From IMG/VR virus record IMGVR_UViG_3300025103_000049, positions 1-42,778 of that record: 42,778 bases of DNA. The stretch is one strand, 5' to 3'. How positions within the stretch are numbered: the first letter of the stretch is position 1; each line of letters opens with the position of its first letter. The DNA comes from a virus (lineage: Duplodnaviria > Caudoviricetes). A program made the translations under genes and the position numbers. Positions 33,688 through 42,778 of this stretch are shown here, one piece after another. The notes under the pieces were generated by a model. That model saw nothing but the letters and a program-made list of their open reading frames with translations. It was not told where the DNA came from and searched no databases.

Positions 33688-35891
33688 TATGCTTCCTCCA
33701 CTTCCATCTCTATCGAGACGTCGTTACGATTCTTACCTGTCCGAATAACTGCCGAATCTGGGTTGGTAATAATACCGTTCCAAGTTCTATCGTTCCAGTC
33801 GCGGAAACCAATTTCTTTACCGAGGGTATCTTCAAAGAACTCAATGATTGCATCTACTTCATCGTCGCAGATGCCACTGAAGTCCATGACAAGTTTTCTA
33901 ATCTTGGGCCAGTTGGGGTCACGGTATATCTGTAACGTGCCACCACGGGACTCTCGGTTGATCCTATTATAAAAGTTCCTGTCTCTGTCGCCAAAGTTAG
34001 GAGTCCGTAAAGTGAGCGTCTCAGTAGGAGACGTTGTTGGGTAGTACAAAGAAACATCTGTTCTCTGTGTAAGTGTAGGCTGTGTGCCAGGGATAGGACT
34101 GTCACCACCAGTAAACGGTGAGTACTGTTCTACAACCTTGCAACCACCGATGTCGGGGATACCGTCTCGGAATGGGATGGCGATCACACCTTGATTCAGT
34201 GTCAGCGTTTGACTTGCTGTCAGGTTCAGTACCTTGTTAACATCAGCAACCTGTACCAGAGCCAACACTTGGTCAGCACTCTTGCCAACGTTGATGGCAG
34301 TCGATTGGTTGAAGGCGATGCCTACAGTTGCAGTCAAGTCAGTAGGCTGTAGAGCCTTCTGGGTAAAGGTCAGCGACCCAGAACCAGTCAGGTCTGTGCC
34401 CGATGCCTTGAAATGTATTCGGTTGTTCGTCTGTACGAAGGTCAGCTCTTGGCTGGCCGTCATGTCCTTACCACCGAGGATGATCCTAACACCCTGAGCT
34501 ACTTGAGCTAGAGACAATGCCTGTGTTGCAGACAAGTCAAAGATACCCGGCTTGGCACTCTGTGAGAACGTCAGCGTGTTGCTGGCGGTCAGAGACGGTG
34601 TTTGTTTCAGATAAGCCTGTTGCGTGAAGACCAGATCGTTGCTGACCTCAAAGGTGAACATACCCGGCTTGGCACTCTGTGCAAAGGTCAGCTCTTGGCT
34701 GGCCGTAACCACAAGGGCATCTGGCTGGGCTGCTAGTTGAGTAAAGACCAGTTCGTTACTGGCGGTCAGCGACCTAACGGCTACCTGAACATCGGCAACC
34801 TGAGTCAGCGTCATTGCGTTGACAGCAGTCAGTGAGCGGTCGGCTGATACACTTGCAACCTGTGTTAAGGTCAGCGTGTTCTCAGCAGTACGTGGTCTGA
34901 TCGTTTGTGCTAGGGCAGACTGTACAAGAGGCAGAGTGTTTTCTGCTGTCTTGCCTTGGGTCTTATCTGCACTTGCGACCTGTGTCAGCGTTAGCGTGTT
35001 GCTGGCGGTCAGTGTTTTGACAGCGGCTACAGTTGCGAGCTGATCCAGGGTCAGTGTGTTTGCTGCTGTGATTGCTTTGTCGGCTGCTACACTTGCGCCC
35101 TGTGTCAGAGTCAGCGTGTTGCTGGCGGTCAGTGCCTTATCAGCAGATACGCTTGCAACCTGAGTCAGTGTCAGTGTGTTCTCAGCAGTTCGCGCGTAAA
35201 CACCTGCTACACTTGCGGCCTGTGTGAAGACCAGCGTGTTATCAGCGGTTGTTGATTTGGCAGCGTCTGTGTCTGCGACCTGAGTTAGTGTCAGCGTGTT
35301 GCTGGCGGTCAGTACCTTATCAGCGGTTACGCTTGCGACCTGAGTGAGTGTCAGCGTGTTGCTGGCGGTCAGTGCGTTAACACTGGCTACAGTTGCGAGC
35401 TGATCCAGGGTCAGCGTGTTTGCTGCTGTCAGCGGCCTAACACCGGACACCTCTGCAAGCTGAGATAGTACAAGCGTGTTGCTTGCTGTCAGGTTGGTAG
35501 CGACCTGTGGCTTCTCGACGTCGGCAAGCTGTGTAAGAAATAGCTGATTGCTTGCGGTAAGCTCGATGGCACGTGCGATAGTTTGTGACCCAAAGGTCGG
35601 GGACAAACCCAGTACCATAGATGAGAGACCCATCGTAGACCAGTTCGTACCAAGCTCAGAAGTATACTTCCGATACTCCTGTTGAGTTTGTAGCACCTGG
35701 ACATCAAGTGTAGTAATCTGCAACTTATCGGTAGCAGGAGGCGTACCAATAACATTGGCTGTGACCTGATCTACTTCGATACCCGCAGCGACTTGTCCAG
35801 CGACCTTAGCGGCAACTCTCGTTACTCGCAACTCACCAGAAGTCACGCTACCCGCAACTTGAGTCTGTACTTTGCTAATTCTAATGGTCAT
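33687..35891 (-). CDS. virion protein with ~20-aa tandem repeats and C-terminal distal-tail-like domain
   Basis: More than 20 copies of LTASNTLTLTQVA-type unit; last ~120 aa resemble gene 33292..33687. Confidence 0.75.
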   Translation of the reverse strand: MTIRISKVQTQVAGSVTSGELRVTRVAAKVAGQVAAGIEVDQVTANVIGTPPATDKLQITTLDVQVLQTQQEYRKYTSELGTNWSTMGLSSMVLGLSPTFGSQTIARAIELTASNQLFLTQLADVEKPQVATNLTASNTLVLSQLAEVSGVRPLTAANTLTLDQLATVASVNALTASNTLTLTQVASVTADKVLTASNTLTLTQVADTDAAKSTTADNTLVFTQAASVAGVYARTAENTLTLTQVASVSADKALTASNTLTLTQGASVAADKAITAANTLTLDQLATVAAVKTLTASNTLTLTQVASADKTQGKTAENTLPLVQSALAQTIRPRTAENTLTLTQVASVSADRSLTAVNAMTLTQVADVQVAVRSLTASNELVFTQLAAQPDALVVTASQELTFAQSAKPGMFTFEVSNDLVFTQQAYLKQTPSLTASNTLTFSQSAKPGIFDLSATQALSLAQVAQGVRIILGGKDMTASQELTFVQTNNRIHFKASGTDLTGSGSLTFTQKALQPTDLTATVGIAFNQSTAINVGKSADQVLALVQVADVNKVLNLTASQTLTLNQGVIAIPFRDGIPDIGGCKVVEQYSPFTGGDSPIPGTQPTLTQRTDVSLYYPTTSPTETLTLRTPNFGDRDRNFYNRINRESRGGTLQIYRDPNWPKIRKLVMDFSGICDDEVDAIIEFFEDTLGKEIGFRDWNDRTWNGIITNPDSAVIRTGKNRNDVSIEMEVEEA
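34190..35560 (-). repeat. intragenic ~60-bp tandem repeat array
   Basis: GTCAGCGTGTTGCTGGCGGTCAG-like unit recurring at 60-bp period; exact 30-bp copies at 35025-35054 and 35385-35414. Confidence 0.85.
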
Positions 35892-35900
35892 AGTTTATCT

Positions 35901-37022
35901 CTACTTCTCTACACCCGACTCTAGGGCGTTGATTCTTGCTGCTGTAAAAGCACCACCACCTTGAGGGTCTGTCTCAAAGATAGCATAGGGTGCGAGGCCA
36001 TAAGTACTGGTAGGTATAGTTATGGCAGAGCTGGCTGATTCATCAGTGTTGCTAATGATCAGTGCCTTGAAGGTATCGCTACCCCCGGCGTTACGTCCAT
36101 CGAAGTCTAGCTTGATACCAAAGATAGTACCGTTGATAAGACTGAGGTCGTCTATTTCATAAGTGTCCTTGTCACCAGAGGTCGCCGTGTAAACAACCTT
36201 GTCATCATCGTTGGTGAGGGGCACAGCATTCACTAAGTCAAAGTGATTGGTGGGCGAGAAGTCTGGGTTGTCGTAACCGTTCCACTCTTGGTAAGTACCA
36301 TCTGCATCCGGCAGTAAGGACTCAATCTTAATGGGGCCAAGGAAGTCGTTGTTATTGCTTCCACTGCCGTCACAGATATACCAGTCATCAAAGTAGGTGT
36401 TAACATCGTCGTTACCACCGTCGATCCCCTTGAGTCTGATAGTATCAAACTCATCAGTCGCACCGCCGTTGTTTGTATCCAAGCCAGTCTCGTTGAGTAC
36501 TTCCTCACCGTTGACTTGAACCTCAATGACACCGACTGTGTTACTACAGGTGATCTTGACTTCTAAGTAATTCCAGATACCCGGTCTGAGTACGTTTCTA
36601 ACGTGGGCGACGTAGCTCGTACCTCTCTCAAACAGCAGGTGCCTAGCGTCAACCATTCTCACACTCATGTGTGTCTTACCGTCAGATAGGTTCTTCCACT
36701 CTTGGATAGTGTGGACTATCTCGCTACCGAAGTCGGCACCGAGGTAAAGACCGGGGTTGATGGCAATACCACATATGTAAGTAGCGTGCCCATTCATTGC
36801 GTGTGGCTCAATGTAGTTATTATCAGCAGCGGAGTCATCTCCGAACATCATACACATGCCAGTGTTACCAAAGGCGTAGTCAGAGAATAACTCAGGACCA
36901 GACCCACCACCAAACTGCCACGCATTAGAACGGCGTAAGGTGTAATTTTCAAAGTTCACATGACTGCTACCTTCGGTCGCTGTATCAATTGCGTCCCAAG
37001 ATTCTAGAAAAATTAAAGCCAT
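35901..37022 (-). CDS. tail-associated beta-sandwich (LamG/ConA-like) protein, paralogue 4
   Basis: MAL..LE.W, WNYLEVK, VQVNG, DDWYICDGSG.NNNDFLGP, DP...AFT...N...G.E. Confidence 0.75.
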   Translation of the reverse strand: MALIFLESWDAIDTATEGSSHVNFENYTLRRSNAWQFGGGSGPELFSDYAFGNTGMCMMFGDDSAADNNYIEPHAMNGHATYICGIAINPGLYLGADFGSEIVHTIQEWKNLSDGKTHMSVRMVDARHLLFERGTSYVAHVRNVLRPGIWNYLEVKITCSNTVGVIEVQVNGEEVLNETGLDTNNGGATDEFDTIRLKGIDGGNDDVNTYFDDWYICDGSGSNNNDFLGPIKIESLLPDADGTYQEWNGYDNPDFSPTNHFDLVNAVPLTNDDDKVVYTATSGDKDTYEIDDLSLINGTIFGIKLDFDGRNAGGSDTFKALIISNTDESASSAITIPTSTYGLAPYAIFETDPQGGGAFTAARINALESGVEK

Positions 37023-37045
37023 TAGCCCACCTCATAACCGCACTG
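37014..37045. repeat. 32-bp perfect direct repeat, copy 1
   Basis: TAAAGCCATTAGCCCACCTCATAACCGCACTG identical to 38120-38151. Confidence 0.9.
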
Positions 37046-38128
37046 TATTGCGTTGATAGTTGTTGTTGTCCAAGCCGCACTTGCGTTTGGGTCTTGATCA
37101 AACACACTGTAGTGAGTGGCGTACAGAGTATCATCGATAATCTTGTACGTGTCGCCAGCCTCTTCTGTTGTGTTACTCTTGATCGTAGGCACCATGCTCA
37201 TTAGGGTGGCGTTTGTCGAACCTGCGTTGACATCTACCTGAACCCCAAACACTGTGCCATCGATGATGGAGAGGTTGTCCATCTGGAACAAGTCCAAGTC
37301 CGTAGTTGTGCTAGATGCGTTATAAGATGAGTCATCATCTACAACTACCTCATCTACTCTAGATACGTTTGTACTTGAGTTAGGTGTGAAGTCGGTGCTG
37401 TCACCGTTTGCACTAGGTAGTAAGGTCTCGACCTTGATAGGTCCGAGGAAGTCATTGTTGTCTGTGCCGGTCGTGTCTAGGACATACCAGTCATCATACA
37501 CACGGTTGTGGTCTCTGTCAGATGTGCTACCACCGGCACCACGTACTACGATGGCTCCGATCTCAGCACCACCCGGAGGAGAGCCAGCGATGGTGTCAAT
37601 ATTAGTTTTGTCGAGAACCGTTACACCGTTGATACGAATCTCAACTGCACCCACACTGGAGTCCAGAGTAAACTTACACTCAATGTATGACCATCTGTTT
37701 ATCGTGACAGCATTTAGTTTGGTGCCAATCTCGTTACCACCTGCCTCCACTGTCATGTGAACGCCCTCTCTCAAGACGACCTCTAGGTGATCGTCGATCT
37801 CATTGCAAGGGTCAACCACTTTGAATAAAAAACCTGTGTCAGCTTCATCTAGGAATCCAGGCCTTACGGCGATTCCCCAGATAACTGTAGTAGGATTCCC
37901 TTTTGGGCAGAAGCCAATGTACTGCCGGTCGGCGTTACTGTCATCACCAAGTGCGATGCTCTTGCCACTGCCCCAACCGTCAAACACCATAGGTTCACTA
38001 CTCTGCGAAGGACCATGCCCACCTGTGTACAGGGGAGTCCGCTGCATGAACACATCCATGTCGTTCCTAGAAGAAGAACCAGTAGAACTACTGGTGCCTT
38101 CGAAACCTTCTAACCATAATAAAGCCAT
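37022..38128 (-). CDS. tail-associated beta-sandwich protein, paralogue 3
   Basis: Same motif series; ends QCGYEVG; TAATG coupling. Confidence 0.75.
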   Translation of the reverse strand: MALLWLEGFEGTSSSTGSSSRNDMDVFMQRTPLYTGGHGPSQSSEPMVFDGWGSGKSIALGDDSNADRQYIGFCPKGNPTTVIWGIAVRPGFLDEADTGFLFKVVDPCNEIDDHLEVVLREGVHMTVEAGGNEIGTKLNAVTINRWSYIECKFTLDSSVGAVEIRINGVTVLDKTNIDTIAGSPPGGAEIGAIVVRGAGGSTSDRDHNRVYDDWYVLDTTGTDNNDFLGPIKVETLLPSANGDSTDFTPNSSTNVSRVDEVVVDDDSSYNASSTTTDLDLFQMDNLSIIDGTVFGVQVDVNAGSTNATLMSMVPTIKSNTTEEAGDTYKIIDDTLYATHYSVFDQDPNASAAWTTTTINAIQCGYEVG

Positions 38129-38151
38129 TAGCCCACCTCATAACCGCACTG
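38120..38151. repeat. 32-bp perfect direct repeat, copy 2
   Basis: Identical to 37014-37045. Confidence 0.9.
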
Positions 38152-39234
38152 CATGTCATCCACCTCAGTAGACGTCCATGCAGACCCAGTGTCTGGATTT
38201 GTAGTAAACATGTATCTGCAATCCAGATACGCAGAGTCATCGATAGTTGGGACAGCATCGCCATCACCAGTCGTGCCGTTCTCTTTGACCTTTGGTATAA
38301 GAGATACTAAGCCGGGAGCAGTTGATATGAATGCACTCCTAACTTCTACAGCCAGGATATCCGTGGACACAATGGTTAAGTCTTCCATCTCGAACAAATC
38401 CACATGACCAGTCGTGCTGGAGGTGTTGTAGTCCGATCCTTGGTAGGCTATTTCATCATCCACATTCGTGTAGTTGTCGCCAGAACTTGGGGTCCACTGT
38501 ATCGTGTCACCGTCTGCTGTGGGCAGTATTGATTCTATAAAGATGTTAGGTCCGATAGGATCGTTGGCTGGAGCTGGGCCACTACCGTCTAGGATGTAGA
38601 CATCATCTATGAGACCCATGTACTCATCATCGTTGGTGCTTGGAGACTCTACCCCGTGCCAGCGAATAATGTCACAGGTGTCGTTGCCACCGTTGTTTGT
38701 GTCGATCCCGGTCTTGTTGATAACCAAGTCGCCGTTGACTCGCATCTGTATCTCGCCTGCGGAGTCATCGAATATAATCCTGATCTCGATATGGCACCAG
38801 CGTAGTTGATTGAAGATACCAACAGCCTCTGCAATACGGCCACTAGTTCCTCTGCGGAAGATAACACCACAGTCAACCAACTCTATCTGAACCTGTTCCT
38901 TGGCGGAAGATGTGTTTGGGTTATTATAGTTCCAGAACTCAATCCAATCGTTCTGGTTTGCACCACGGTAGATAGGGGGACGGTAAGAGAACCCAACGAT
39001 AACTTCGTTAGTACTGCCACAAGGTATCTCGATCCAGTTAAGGTCTCCGTTTGTACCAGAGCCAAGAGACAGAGCCTTTGCAGCCAAGCGACCTGCATGT
39101 AACTGTGGTTCCCCACCGGTTCTCCAGTCACTTCTGTTGAAGTTGGTAGTCAGGTATTCGCTAAGAACACTCTCGCTGGACGAACCGGAAGCGGTTGTTA
39201 TGTTGTCCCAGCTTTCTATCCAAGTAAGTGCCAT
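38128..39234 (-). CDS. tail-associated beta-sandwich protein, paralogue 2
   Basis: Same motif series; ends QCGYEVG; TAATG coupling. Confidence 0.75.
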   Translation of the reverse strand: MALTWIESWDNITTASGSSSESVLSEYLTTNFNRSDWRTGGEPQLHAGRLAAKALSLGSGTNGDLNWIEIPCGSTNEVIVGFSYRPPIYRGANQNDWIEFWNYNNPNTSSAKEQVQIELVDCGVIFRRGTSGRIAEAVGIFNQLRWCHIEIRIIFDDSAGEIQMRVNGDLVINKTGIDTNNGGNDTCDIIRWHGVESPSTNDDEYMGLIDDVYILDGSGPAPANDPIGPNIFIESILPTADGDTIQWTPSSGDNYTNVDDEIAYQGSDYNTSSTTGHVDLFEMEDLTIVSTDILAVEVRSAFISTAPGLVSLIPKVKENGTTGDGDAVPTIDDSAYLDCRYMFTTNPDTGSAWTSTEVDDMQCGYEVG

Positions 39235-40382
39235 TATTCTATCTCCATTCCAAATTCTGCACTGTTAAAAGCATTCTGCGTCCACAAAGCACTTGTGGCT
39301 GGGTCCGTCTCGAATAGCCCCATCTTTGTTAGGTATCCGTTATGGTCAAAGATGGTACGCTGAGTGTCTTCGCCGGTAGAGGAGTCAGAGTCAACTACAT
39401 GCTTAAACTTTGTAGCTTCGTAACCCTTCTCCATCTTGACACGGCTAGTGATCTTAACACCGTAGATAGTATTTGAGGTGCCAGATATTTGGTAGGGCAC
39501 CAAGGTCTGACGGTTGGTAGAAGTGTTTGGCGTGTCCATGCAGGTGGCATCGCTCTCTTCTATTTGTATGTTGTTCACAGACTCGGGGATGCTTCCTCCA
39601 CCAGTGTAGGAGAAGTCGTTATCGGACCCTACTGCCTTGATCTGTCTGTGGTGAATGCTAACCGGACCTAAGAAGTCATTGTTGACAGACCCGGTTCCAT
39701 CTAGGATGTACCAGTCGTCGTACAGCGTGACGTCTTCGTAGTCTGTGTTAGAGCCGCTGACCGAACGCAAGTGAAAGCACTGAGCATCCGTGTTTGAGTT
39801 CTGCTGGGTTCTAACCCCAGTTCCGCTCATCACATCGACCCCATCCACTCGAACCTCGTAGGAGCCACTTGTCGTGTTACTGAGAACTGTCTGCCACTCG
39901 ATGTAGTGCCAAGAGTTATCTTCAAAGACATCATTGGCGGTTGTGTCAACTGTTGTACCAGAACCGTACTGCAACTGTAGTGCATTGTTCGAGGTCAATC
40001 TGATTCTTGCTTCTGCACTAAACGGAGACGCTGTTCCAGCGATTCTCAGAATCTCTTCGTTGTTCTTACTGACGTTGGAGAACTTGATACGAACACCGAT
40101 GGTGATCTCGGTTCCCTGTGGGATGGCAGTCTCCAAAGCCTTAACGATAAACAAGTCATCTGAGCTGGAGTTGTTGCCTACGCACAAAGCCCGACCACGA
40201 CCGTCCCAAGAGCGAGCCATGCCAATACGTGCAGACCCGGCCTGCATCAGACCAGAGTAGTGAGACTGTAGGTATCTCTCGATCGTGTTGAAGTACTCAT
40301 CATCAGTGTCATTGTTTGCCATGACAGTGGGTGCCCAATCTGGGTAGAGTCCTTCGAACCCTTCTACGTGTAGTAAAGCCAT
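39234..40382 (-). CDS. tail-associated beta-sandwich protein, paralogue 1
   Basis: MALLHVEGFE start after GGAGG; DDWYILDGTG.VNNDFLGP. Confidence 0.75.
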   Translation of the reverse strand: MALLHVEGFEGLYPDWAPTVMANNDTDDEYFNTIERYLQSHYSGLMQAGSARIGMARSWDGRGRALCVGNNSSSDDLFIVKALETAIPQGTEITIGVRIKFSNVSKNNEEILRIAGTASPFSAEARIRLTSNNALQLQYGSGTTVDTTANDVFEDNSWHYIEWQTVLSNTTSGSYEVRVDGVDVMSGTGVRTQQNSNTDAQCFHLRSVSGSNTDYEDVTLYDDWYILDGTGSVNNDFLGPVSIHHRQIKAVGSDNDFSYTGGGSIPESVNNIQIEESDATCMDTPNTSTNRQTLVPYQISGTSNTIYGVKITSRVKMEKGYEATKFKHVVDSDSSTGEDTQRTIFDHNGYLTKMGLFETDPATSALWTQNAFNSAEFGMEIE

Positions 40383-40393
40383 TGCGACCTCCG

Positions 40394-41299
40394 TTAGTCT
40401 TCGATCTCGAACCAAGCGAGAAGTTTACAAGGTGCATCCTGCCCAGAAGTACCGTGGGCCGCACCGAAGAATACCTTGTCTGGTGTCATGTTTGCGTCAA
40501 TGGTGACAGTGCCTAGAGACCGCCACGTGTTTCCAGCGGTTACAGATACAAACCCTTCTAGGGTAGTTCCGTCATTAGTTATTTTCATCCAGCAGTCTGA
40601 CCTTCCGTGAAAGTCGATGCTGCCAGCCTCAGTGCCGACAAGGAAACCATCGTAAGTATCCCAGTGATTGAATGCAACAGAGTCTTCTTTGGTTATAGTG
40701 AGAACGCTGATCTCCTCGGTGCTGGCGTCTAAGAAGCCAATACCTACGGCTTTGCCATCAATCGCATCCGAGGTCCAGAACCCGCCCAATCCAATGTCCA
40801 CGTGAGCTACAATTGTGTAGGGTGTGGCTGGCTGGGTCCGTGTCATAAGACGGAAGTCGTTACTAGTGGCTCCCTGAGCAGTTAAGTAGATGGCACCCCA
40901 ATCATCGGTGCCCTTGCTGGAAGTCCCAAAGTTAAGGTTGGTGAAGTCAGTGTCGTCCAGTTTGATTCCGGCATTATCTGAGAGTTGGTTTCCCCAGCCA
41001 AAGTTACCTTGGTCGTAGAAGTCGGAACCGAACAGGTTCATTTGATCCCTTGTGACGATAGCAAAGACGTAGGCGTCATTGTCGTGAGCCACGGCCAGGA
41101 TCTCATCAGAGCCACGTACTACGGTAAAGACGTTACCAGAGACGCTCGTGACCTTCATAGGTTCGTTGTCTACACAGATAAAGAAGTCACCCTCCGTTGG
41201 GAAGGTAGAAGCATCATCCACAGTTACAGAGGTGGTGGTGCCATTGATCGACCCGTTTAACCTAGAGTACGCTCTGTTTGTGAATTGTGTGCGTCTCAT
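40394..41299 (-). CDS. tail fibre/spike-like protein, paralogue B
   Basis: N-terminal L.G.IN...T.VTV.D...FP.EGD....V..E.M.VT..SGN..TVVRGS module plus lectin-like C-terminus. Confidence 0.7.
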   Translation of the reverse strand: MRRTQFTNRAYSRLNGSINGTTTSVTVDDASTFPTEGDFFICVDNEPMKVTSVSGNVFTVVRGSDEILAVAHDNDAYVFAIVTRDQMNLFGSDFYDQGNFGWGNQLSDNAGIKLDDTDFTNLNFGTSSKGTDDWGAIYLTAQGATSNDFRLMTRTQPATPYTIVAHVDIGLGGFWTSDAIDGKAVGIGFLDASTEEISVLTITKEDSVAFNHWDTYDGFLVGTEAGSIDFHGRSDCWMKITNDGTTLEGFVSVTAGNTWRSLGTVTIDANMTPDKVFFGAAHGTSGQDAPCKLLAWFEIED

Positions 41300-42219
41300 T
41301 ATTCTTCCACCCATGAGTTAATGTGTACGTCGCAACCACCGTTGGCAAGCAGTTGGCTACCGTAAGAGTCTGCAAAGAATCCACATTGATTAAATGAAGA
41401 GGTCGGCCAAACGGTTCTTCCCTCAGAGAACATCTCTGTAAAGTTGATCCCGTCGTGGGATGCCCTCAAGTAGACGTTTGTGCTGTCGTCTTCTAGCTGA
41501 AACCAAATCTCATCTGTGGAATCGCTGAAGGTAGTGCCGGGCGTGGTACTGTATGTGTTAGCGTCGGTCATCTTCCAGCAGAAGCAGCCAGCCCCGATGC
41601 GTACACCAGCGGCCATCATCTTGTCTGTACTAGACTCGCGGAACATAATTCCCATTGTGGTGCCTACTCCGGTATCTGTAGCGGCGTAGCCCAGACCCAT
41701 TTTAAGTTTAGCAGTGACGGTGTAGGGAGCCGTCATAGATTTAGCCATACCAACCAGTTGGGCAACTGTTGTATCTTGGCCGATGTTCATTGTTATGCCA
41801 CCCCAAGTCTCGTCTGTGACGGATGCGGTCTGGGTTGCAGTTTGTTGGAACCAACCGAAGCTAGATGAAGTGAGCGTAGCTCCCGTGTCATCTAAGAGTC
41901 GCATGGCGTTCTGGTCAGAGTAGCCGGGAACCATATCGTTGGCCCATTGGTCTAAAGCACCAGATGTCAGAATGCAACGGCAAGCAGCCCCATCCGCTTG
42001 GATGGCTGCTGTTGTATCTTCGCTGCCACGTACTACAGTTAGGTCGTTACCCGACCGTGCCGTGACCAGCATGATTTCTTCGTTGACTATGACACGGTAG
42101 TCTCCCTCAGAGGGGAACAGAGTACCGTCAGCAACGGTTACCGTGGTTACAGAAGCGTTGATACCACCATCAAGTGTGGTGAGCGAGTTGTTGTGAAGTC
42201 GTTCTCTACGAGGCATCAT
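41299..42219 (-). CDS. tail fibre/spike-like protein, paralogue A
   Basis: Same N-terminal module as 40394..41299; GGAG before ATG; TAATG coupling. Confidence 0.7.
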   Translation of the reverse strand: MMPRRERLHNNSLTTLDGGINASVTTVTVADGTLFPSEGDYRVIVNEEIMLVTARSGNDLTVVRGSEDTTAAIQADGAACRCILTSGALDQWANDMVPGYSDQNAMRLLDDTGATLTSSSFGWFQQTATQTASVTDETWGGITMNIGQDTTVAQLVGMAKSMTAPYTVTAKLKMGLGYAATDTGVGTTMGIMFRESSTDKMMAAGVRIGAGCFCWKMTDANTYSTTPGTTFSDSTDEIWFQLEDDSTNVYLRASHDGINFTEMFSEGRTVWPTSSFNQCGFFADSYGSQLLANGGCDVHINSWVEE

Positions 42220-42227
42220 TGTTCTCC

Positions 42228-42268
42228 AAAAAATAGGGTGTGACGGAATCCTTTCCGACCACAACCCC
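42228..42268 (-). terminator. possible terminator/attenuator
   Basis: Imperfect hairpin GGGTTGTGGTCGGAA-AGGA-TTCCGTCACACCC followed by TATTTTTT. Confidence 0.5.
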
Positions 42269-42295
42269 AATCCACGGCAAGGGATATCAATTGTC

Positions 42296-42778
42296 TTATG
42301 CAGACACAGTGTAGGTAACCTTCAGTTGGTCACCATTGACGACTGCTGTGTCGCCTTGGTCAAACAGAGCGGTTGCCCAGAGGACACCCGTAGAGGCGTG
42401 ATTGCCTTTGGTGTCTGCACCGGTTCCACCACAGATGAACAAACCTTTGACAGTACCAGTTCCGGTCATGTCGAATACGGTTTGCGAGCTGTTCGATACG
42501 CTTTCGCCAGATGCTGCTGCTGCTACCCACTCAGGGCGTGTCAAAGCACTGTCGCCGTTACCAGCGTCGGTGTAAGTCTGGTACTCTGCCCAGCCGTTAC
42601 CAGCTTGATCGATGTCATCGTAGGTGTCGTCGTCAGCAATGGCGGTGTAGCCAGAGTTGTCGATCAAACCCATGTACCAGCTAGTTAGCTGGGTAGCGGA
42701 AACGAACATGATATCGAAAAGGCGATCTTTGCCTTCGTCAACGATACCATTAGGGAATTGGTAAGAGTTCAAAACTTC
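42296..42778 (-). CDS. virion structural protein, 5' end probably outside the window
   Basis: N.IV.EG, WY.GL, GTVKGLF, V.NGD.LKVTY pattern typical of small tail-module proteins; frame open to the window edge. Confidence 0.65.
   Translation of the reverse strand, partial: EVLNSYQFPNGIVDEGKDRLFDIMFVSATQLTSWYMGLIDNSGYTAIADDDTYDDIDQAGNGWAEYQTYTDAGNGDSALTRPEWVAAAASGESVSNSSQTVFDMTGTGTVKGLFICGGTGADTKGNHASTGVLWATALFDQGDTAVVNGDQLKVTYTVSA

Noticed and set aside
35901-42219. Diversity-generating retroelement or shufflon
   Set aside because: No reverse transcriptase, no adenine-specific template/variable repeat pair, no invertase or inverted cassettes in the window.
1-42778. Genome-wide TGA reassignment (alternative genetic code)
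   Set aside because: Long genes are intact under the standard code and several end at TGA in ATGA overlaps (2801, 4677, 5273, 16053, 19375, 22156).

Overview
The window reads as a 42.8-kb piece of a tailed dsDNA phage genome (Caudoviricetes-like). I see no host genes, integrase, tRNA, rRNA or CRISPR array, and I cannot assign the host. It has four parts. (1) 1-5.7 kb, minus strand: an early-type region of small orphan genes behind a repeated strong sigma70 promoter module, with 9-bp tandem arrays and two ORF-free, hairpin-rich segments. (2) 5.8-25.1 kb, minus strand: DNA metabolism and accessory genes. These include two phosphoesterases, two DNA methyltransferases, a BCS1-like AAA ATPase, a PD-(D/E)XK nuclease, a sigma-like protein, cysteine dioxygenase, a divergent family A DNA polymerase, a trypsin-like protease, two ParB-like proteins, an SNF2-like helicase and ClpP. 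(3) 25.1-29.3 kb: a divergent control or origin-like region, then a plus-strand AEP primase-SF3 helicase, a dATP/dGTP diphosphohydrolase and a DEDDh exonuclease. (4) 29.3-42.8 kb, minus strand: a tail module with a 20-aa repeat protein and tandem paralogue arrays. The most notable observation is an 88-codon gene missed by the ORF track (29667-29933). It has one in-frame TGA followed by a SECIS-like hairpin, making it a candidate phage selenoprotein, although a nonsense mutation or sequencing error cannot be excluded. Also notable are a promoter-to-terminator ~255-nt structured RNA candidate (45-304), the promoter/9-mer array system, and a perfect 32-bp repeat bracketing one tail paralogue. All protein calls come from motif recognition by eye; no database search was run.
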